NCBI GenBank assembly: GCA_963744995.1
Contig: CAVUWA010000002.1
Location: 64,001 to 128,000, forward strand
Direction of reading: 5' to 3'
DNA length: 64,000 nucleotides
From: Candidatus Eiseniibacteriota bacterium
GTDB taxonomy: Bacteria > Eisenbacteria > RBG-16-71-46
The translations under genes were made by a program, and so were the position numbers. Below are positions 58,912 to 64,000 of this stretch, piece by piece. Position 1 is the stretch's first letter. Every line of letters starts with the position of its first letter. The notes below the pieces were generated by a model. That model made no database searches, was not told where the DNA came from, and was given only the letters and a program-made list of their open reading frames with translations.

Positions 58912-59967
58912 TCACCGCTGGCTGCTCTGCAGCACTTCGATCCGCAGGTCGTTCTGCACGCGAGCGACGCCTGGCGTGCCGTACGCGATGGCGACCGCGG
59001 CATAGCGGTGTGACGCCCGCTGCACCGTGCCGGTCAGGCGGGCGGTTGCGGCGTTGACTTCGACGTGCACCTTTGCGCCATCCATCTTCGCTGCCGCGAT
59101 CCTCTTGGTGACCGCAGACTGGATCTGATCGTCACTGGCGGTGGCCTGCTTCTTCTTCGACGCGGCGACCACCCGCAACTCGGGATTGACCGACCGGACA
59201 CCCGACACGTCCTTCGCCAGCTGGATCGCCCGGTCGTGGGCGGCACGGGTCGGCGCGGTGCCGAACAACGTGACGACACCGCGACGGGTATCGACGTTGA
59301 TGTCGCCGGACACGATCTCGGCGTCGGTCATGAGGGCCATTTTGGTCTGGGCGGTGATCCAGCCGTCCGTGAAGACGTTGCCGTGCTCGGGATCGGCCGG
59401 CGTGTCGTCGTTCCAGATCTCGCGATCACCGAACTCGTCGGGGCTCACGATCTCAGACGCGACCTGTCGCACGCCCGCGACGCCCGAGGTCACCTCGAGC
59501 GCGCGGAGATGGTCGGACAGCGTTGCGGCCTTGCCATCCAGCAGCACGACTCCCTTGTTGACCGACTTGATTCGAATGGAGGTGTCGTCGACCCAGGCTT
59601 CCGCCTTGAGGGCCGCATCGACCTGGTCCTTGAGATAGTCGTCGGTGACATCGACGATCTTGCGCTGGCTGTCGGGCACGACCTGAAGCAGGTTGCGGAC
59701 CGAAACCACCCCGGTCCCCGCGCGCGCGATGCGTTCGGCTTCGTGCTTCTCGGCGGCCGAAGGCACCTTGCCGTGCAGGGTGACCCGGCCCCCGTCGGTG
59801 TCCACGTCGATCGGGAACCCGCTGACTTCCGGGGAATTGAGGAGCAGCATCTTGACCTTGGTCGAGACCCACGCGTCCGATACGCCCGCGCCGGCCGGAA
59901 CCGCGCCCACGACGAGAATGGCGGCCACGAACATCAGTTGAATCCACAGGTGCGACTTCGATGACAT
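58912..59967 (-). CDS. Multi-BON domain protein (OsmY-like, four BON units)
   Basis: Signal peptide; repeated D.W...K..L...I.VDT..G.VTL.G....GV.SV.N.L. Confidence 0.92.
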   Translation of the reverse strand: MSSKSHLWIQLMFVAAILVVGAVPAGAGVSDAWVSTKVKMLLLNSPEVSGFPIDVDTDGGRVTLHGKVPSAAEKHEAERIARAGTGVVSVRNLLQVVPDSQRKIVDVTDDYLKDQVDAALKAEAWVDDTSIRIKSVNKGVVLLDGKAATLSDHLRALEVTSGVAGVRQVASEIVSPDEFGDREIWNDDTPADPEHGNVFTDGWITAQTKMALMTDAEIVSGDINVDTRRGVVTLFGTAPTRAAHDRAIQLAKDVSGVRSVNPELRVVAASKKKQATASDDQIQSAVTKRIAAAKMDGAKVHVEVNAATARLTGTVQRASHRYAAVAIAYGTPGVARVQNDLRIEVLQSSQR

Positions 59968-60129
59968 GATGGTCTTCTTTCGGTTGGAACACTCGCAGAC
60001 CCGCCGCGGAAGGCAGCGGGCCTGCACGTGCTCGTCTTACATCGGGGAGGCTGGCGGCGGCTCACAACTACGGATATCGAGCGCCGCCAGCCGGAGTCGA
60101 GGATGGCTCGAGATGCGGGGGCGTGCCGG

Positions 60130-60411
60130 TCAGACCGGCGTCTTGTCGAGCGCGGCTCCGCTCGGGCTGCGGCGGTATGCTTCCTTGCCTGCGTTGACGG
60201 CGGAGCCGACGTCCTCCGCGCCCTGTTTCAGCGTGTCCATCATGTGATCCACCTGCCCCTGCGTGCCGCTCTTCAGCTTCCGGGCGGTGTCGCCGATGCG
60301 GCGGCGCGTTTCGCTACCGGCCGTTGGCGCGAACATCAGCCCCAGGCCGGCGCCGATCGCCGCTCCCAGCAGAAATCCCCCGACCATCGAGCCGCGGTTG
60401 TTCTCCGACAT
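60130..60411 (-). CDS. YtxH-domain protein
   Basis: GFLLGAAIGAGLGLMFAP.AGSETRRRI; AAGGAG RBS. Confidence 0.9.
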   Translation of the reverse strand: MSENNRGSMVGGFLLGAAIGAGLGLMFAPTAGSETRRRIGDTARKLKSGTQGQVDHMMDTLKQGAEDVGSAVNAGKEAYRRSPSGAALDKTPV

Positions 60412-60823
60412 GATTGTCTCCTTGTGGGTGGTGCGAATCCGTGACGGCCGGCGACGTCCATCTACGCATGAGGTGATCTGCGCCGAAGCGCAGCGCACGC
60501 ATGACCCGGACCGCGCGTGAGACCGGGCGTTCGACCTCGTCGAGGAGGCTCGAGGCCAGCGTGGTCGTGCGCGTCGCGAGGTGCTCGAAATGGGATGCCG
60601 CCGTGCGGACCGAGCCGGTGACTTGAGAGAAGGCGAGCAGCAGCTCGTCGGCGCGTGCGGAGGTGCGCTTGACCTCCTCGATCATGTCCGGAAGCTCCGC
60701 GAGTGAGATTTTCGCGGATTCGAGCAAAGTCTTGGTCTGGAACATGAGACGGATCGTCATCACTGCCATCGCGACGAGGGCGATTGTTACAACGACCATG
60801 CAGATTTGTGCGATGAGCGGCAT
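60314..60823 (-). CDS. DUF948/YtxG-like membrane coiled-coil protein
   Basis: N-terminal TM then amphipathic helix; directly upstream of the YtxH gene. Confidence 0.7.
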   Translation of the reverse strand: MPLIAQICMVVVTIALVAMAVMTIRLMFQTKTLLESAKISLAELPDMIEEVKRTSARADELLLAFSQVTGSVRTAASHFEHLATRTTTLASSLLDEVERPVSRAVRVMRALRFGADHLMRRWTSPAVTDSHHPQGDNHVGEQPRLDGRGISAGSGDRRRPGADVRANGR

Positions 60824-60904
60824 CGGTGGTGCCTCATTCCTTCGGTAATCCGCTGCAGATGGTGACGCTGTCGACCGCCATCGGCGCGGCGCACCACGGA
60901 TCTC

Positions 60905-60919
60905 GCAACAAGCGGGCCA
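60905..60919 (-). promoter_or_regulatory. sigma54 -24/-12 promoter
   Basis: Minus strand TGGCCCGCTTGTTGC. Confidence 0.75.
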
Positions 60920-61019
60920 TGGTGCGGCGAAGTGCGGAGGTGATCCGCAGGGAAGGGGCCGTCAACGCGGAGCGGGAGGGTGGTGATCGACCGGCGGTCT
61001 CGAACGGCCGCGCCGGAGC

Positions 61020-61892
61020 CTACTTTCCGAACAGGTCGCTGGCGTCGAAGCTCACGCCCAGGCTGAAATGCACCGAGGTGAGCCGAAGGGCGTCGGGGAG
61101 CCGCCGCAGCACCGCGTCGGGCAGGGGCAATTCGGACGGAGCGCGGTAGCGGATCGACGACCAGCGGATGTGCTGCGCGCTGATTCCGCCGATGATGTGC
61201 ACGCCCCGATGGGCGCGCCAGCCGAGCAGCAGGCCCGCTTCGGGCGCCAGCGCCCGCTCGGTGTCGAATCGCACCAGCGTGCTGTCGGAACTGCCGTTGG
61301 CCTGCGTCAGCTGGGCGAGGCTCGCGCCCAGGGTCGCGTACCAGGAGGTGGACGGCGACGCTCGCCACAACGGAAACGGACCGAACAGCGCGCTCACATA
61401 GAACCCGCCCACGGGAAACGTCGAGGCAAGCCTGCCGAGCTGGTCGTCGACATCCACGCGATAGGCGCCCGAATACTGGTAGCCCACGGCGATCGACACC
61501 CAGCCGTCGCGCCCCGGAAGCGTGTGGTGGCTGCGCACGGCACGTACGGTGCGCATGGTGTCCACCCGCATGGCGCCCGGCGTGCTCGGCGTGCCATGGA
61601 CCCACTCGACCGTGGTGCGCACCGAATCAAGCGTGACCGTCGTGTCGGGCTGACCGCCGAAGGGGCCGAGCAGCGCCGCGAATCCGCCCCGCACGAACGG
61701 ATGGCGGTCACCCAGGTAGAAGCGCTCCGGATGTTTGGCGTCGCGATAGCCCAGAGACCCCCACAGATATCCGCCCGTCAGCTTGCCGAAGGGGGAAGGA
61801 ATCGAATTGATCTGCGCCCGGGCGGCCGGCGCGGAACCAAGCGTCATGAGCAGGAGCAGCGCTACTGCGGCGCGCGAAGCGGGGCGCTTCAC
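61020..61892 (-). CDS. Exported hypothetical protein, possible beta-barrel
   Basis: Signal peptide ARA-Q; alternating strands; FSLGVSF near the C-terminus; GGAGG RBS. Confidence 0.65.
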   Translation of the reverse strand: MKRPASRAAVALLLLMTLGSAPAARAQINSIPSPFGKLTGGYLWGSLGYRDAKHPERFYLGDRHPFVRGGFAALLGPFGGQPDTTVTLDSVRTTVEWVHGTPSTPGAMRVDTMRTVRAVRSHHTLPGRDGWVSIAVGYQYSGAYRVDVDDQLGRLASTFPVGGFYVSALFGPFPLWRASPSTSWYATLGASLAQLTQANGSSDSTLVRFDTERALAPEAGLLLGWRAHRGVHIIGGISAQHIRWSSIRYRAPSELPLPDAVLRRLPDALRLTSVHFSLGVSFDASDLFGK

Positions 61893-62013
61893 ATGAACCT
61901 CCCATCGAGACATGTCGCGCATCCGGCGCCTCTCGGGGCGACCGTGTCCTTTCCACTTTCATGTTGGTCGATCCGCCGGCGTCCGGGGTCGACCAGGGCG
62001 TCATGCTCCGCCG

Positions 62014-62661
62014 CTACCGTGAGGCCGCGAGCCGGCCCGGCGCATGGACATCGTGCGGCGCAGCACCCCGACCCGACACGGCGCGCGGCTGCGCGACCTG
62101 CTCCATCGCTCCGGTGAACTCGGTAAAGCTCTGAACGAAAACCGCGGGCAGCTTGAACACGTAACCGGAGAGCGGGCGCGTCGTGTCCCTCATTCCCATC
62201 TCGAACGGATAGTAGAGCGGCCCCCCGGACCTGTCCTCGAGGGCGCGCAGCGCGGGGAAGAGCGCCCACTGAACCCGGGCGACCTCGGTGAGCGGCACGC
62301 CGGGGTGGAGCCACACGGGCTGCTGCAGCCTGATTCCCCAGCTCGGCAACCGCTCGCTGCCGGGCCCGCTTCCCGCGGACTCCGCGGCGAGTGGCCACGA
62401 GAGATCCCGCTTCTCGATGCGACCATGCACGCTGGACCAGCCGGTGATGCTGCACTGCGACGGGTCGTAGCGGAAGACGATGTCCCCTGCCCGTACGTAC
62501 GTGATCAACCGGCGCGTCCAGGAAGCGGCACACTTGCCGTCGCCTCGCGGCGCTGCCAGAAGCTCAGCCCGGCCGTCCCGCTGGGCGACGTCGAGCCAGT
62601 AGCGTTCGCCGGGCATTCGTTCCCACCAGGCATTGATGTCGTCCGCGCGTCCCCAGCCCAT
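62014..62661 (-). CDS. Hypothetical protein with PUA/EVE-like domain
   Basis: WW....ERYWL, V.AGDIVF.Y, I.GWS, PLYYPF, GY.FKLP; GGAGGA RBS. Confidence 0.6.
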   Translation of the reverse strand: MGWGRADDINAWWERMPGERYWLDVAQRDGRAELLAAPRGDGKCAASWTRRLITYVRAGDIVFRYDPSQCSITGWSSVHGRIEKRDLSWPLAAESAGSGPGSERLPSWGIRLQQPVWLHPGVPLTEVARVQWALFPALRALEDRSGGPLYYPFEMGMRDTTRPLSGYVFKLPAVFVQSFTEFTGAMEQVAQPRAVSGRGAAPHDVHAPGRLAASR

Positions 62662-62795
62662 GGTGAATCCTCCTTCCAATCGCGATCCGCGACACTAAAG
62701 AGTCCCGTTGCGTTCGAATCGTCCGGGCGAGACCACCCGGTTCGCGACCGTCATAGAGAAAGGGCCCGAGGTACCCCCGTTGCCTGAGAACATGA

Positions 62796-62810
62796 GCCAG
62801 ATTGGTGCCA
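62796..62810 (-). promoter_or_regulatory. sigma54 -24/-12 promoter
   Basis: Minus strand TGGCACCAATCTGGC. Confidence 0.5.
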
Positions 62811-63040
62811 GACCGGGTCGGCGGCGGTTGCCTTCGCTAACTCGCTGCGCGTCGTCCGGATAGCGTCGCCCGCATGTCCGCGCCCCCCGGCCTCCGCGCT
62901 GCGATCGGGACCCAGGATTGAAGCTCCGTTGCCGTGGATTGAATTTTCTGCCGCGGGCCCGGTCGCCGATGTCGTCCCGCTCGGGCGCGGCGCGCCCTGT
63001 CCCGCAACGAGTTGCTGGAGGGCCGGTCGCTGTCGCGGGG

Positions 63041-63055
63041 TGGCGCAAATCATGC
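63041..63055 (+). promoter_or_regulatory. sigma54 -24/-12 promoter
   Basis: TGGCGCAAATCATGC (GG-N10-GC). Confidence 0.55.
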
Positions 63056-63282
63056 GTGGGGTGACAGTGGTGCCACACGCATGTGGCCGGCGGCCCGGAA
63101 AACATCATCAGCCGCGTCGACAGGCCGGGAAGCCCGCATGGACGCGCCATGGCCGTGCGCCAGGCGTGAGTCGCCCGGCGCGTCGGGTCACCGAAACAGA
63201 TTGCCCGGGCCTCGCGGCTGGACCAGACTGGTCACCGGCTCCCTCGTGCCCTGCAGCGTCTCCTGAGAAAAGCGGTCCCGCC

Positions 63283-64000
63283 GTGCCTGAGTGGTCATTC
63301 CAGCGGAAACTGATCTCAGGCGTGATCGTGATCTGTCTGCTGGCCATCGTGAGTAGCGGAACCTCGCTGGTCGCCTCGCGGATGCTGATCGCGAGTGTGG
63401 AGACCGCCTCGACGGGCGAGTCCAGGGACCTCGCGGACGCCAGAGCCCTGCAACTCATCGGCGTCAGGTATGTCGCCGACGCCCGTGATTGCCTGCTCGC
63501 CGGGGGCAGGGAATTCGCGTCCGCCGCGAGAGATGGAAGCGCGCTGCTGCGCGGTCGGGCCGGTCTGCTGCGGGCGCGGATCACGAATCCCGAAGACCGG
63601 GCTCTGCTGGACGAGATTCTGGCCGCCGAACGGACCCACCAGGATGCGTTCGAGCGGGCCCTGGTCACCCCCGGGTTCAGGGGAGGCTCGTCCGCGGCGA
63701 GCGGCACCGAGGTGCTGCGCGATGCCGGCGATCTTATCGATCGATCACTGACCGCCCTCGTGGCGCACCTCGAAGCGGCCAGGGTGGCGAGGCTGGAAGC
63801 CGCCCGTACCGCCGTGAGTCGGGCCAGGATTCTCCTGTCCGTCATCACGGTCGCGACCGTTCTGTTGATGGCCCTTCTCTGCCTGCTTCTGATCGCCGCC
63901 CTCAATCGGAGCTACCGGCAGCAGACGATCGCCCGCAAGCTGGCGGAGCGCGGCCAGAGTCAGGCGAGGACGTCGCTCTCCGAAGTGGAAGAGGCCAGCC
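63283..64000 (+). CDS. Membrane sensor protein, CHASE3/4-helix-bundle-like, probably a histidine kinase (runs off the window; not in the ORF track)
   Basis: MPEWSFQRKLISGVIVICLLAIV TM1, helical periplasmic region, TM2 ILLSVITVATVLLMALLCLLLI, then coiled coil; open to 64000. Confidence 0.75.
   Translation, partial: MPEWSFQRKLISGVIVICLLAIVSSGTSLVASRMLIASVETASTGESRDLADARALQLIGVRYVADARDCLLAGGREFASAARDGSALLRGRAGLLRARITNPEDRALLDEILAAERTHQDAFERALVTPGFRGGSSAASGTEVLRDAGDLIDRSLTALVAHLEAARVARLEAARTAVSRARILLSVITVATVLLMALLCLLLIAALNRSYRQQTIARKLAERGQSQARTSLSEVEEAS

Overview
Very GC-rich bacterial chromosomal segment with about 65 coding regions. I saw no rRNA, tRNA, CRISPR array or transposase. Five secreted proteins end in a FlgD-Ig/T9SS-CTD-like tail, which suggests an FCB-affiliated candidate lineage such as Ca. 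Eisenbacteria (inference only). Housekeeping and redox genes include a Dch-like hydratase, ispH, SOD, bcp, tnaA, moaDE, queG, ETF-QO, trxB, nnrS and a ferredoxin. Main observations: (1) a damage-inducible-looking mutagenesis cassette (stand-alone ImuB-C/DUF6504-like protein, catalytically intact Y-family polymerase, unknown membrane protein, 150-bp perfect inverted-repeat element, DnaE2) behind an SOS-box-like palindrome; (2) two related sigma54 modules (28-35 kb and 57-64 kb) where NtrC-like paralogs sit beside general-stress-type envelope genes, with eight -24/-12 boxes and a shared upstream motif; (3) a candidate sigma54-driven sRNA upstream of tnaA; (4) apparent pseudo-enzymes; (5) frequent leaderless-type starts; (6) four +1 frameshifts that are probably assembly errors. 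All family calls come from motif recognition by eye, not database searches.
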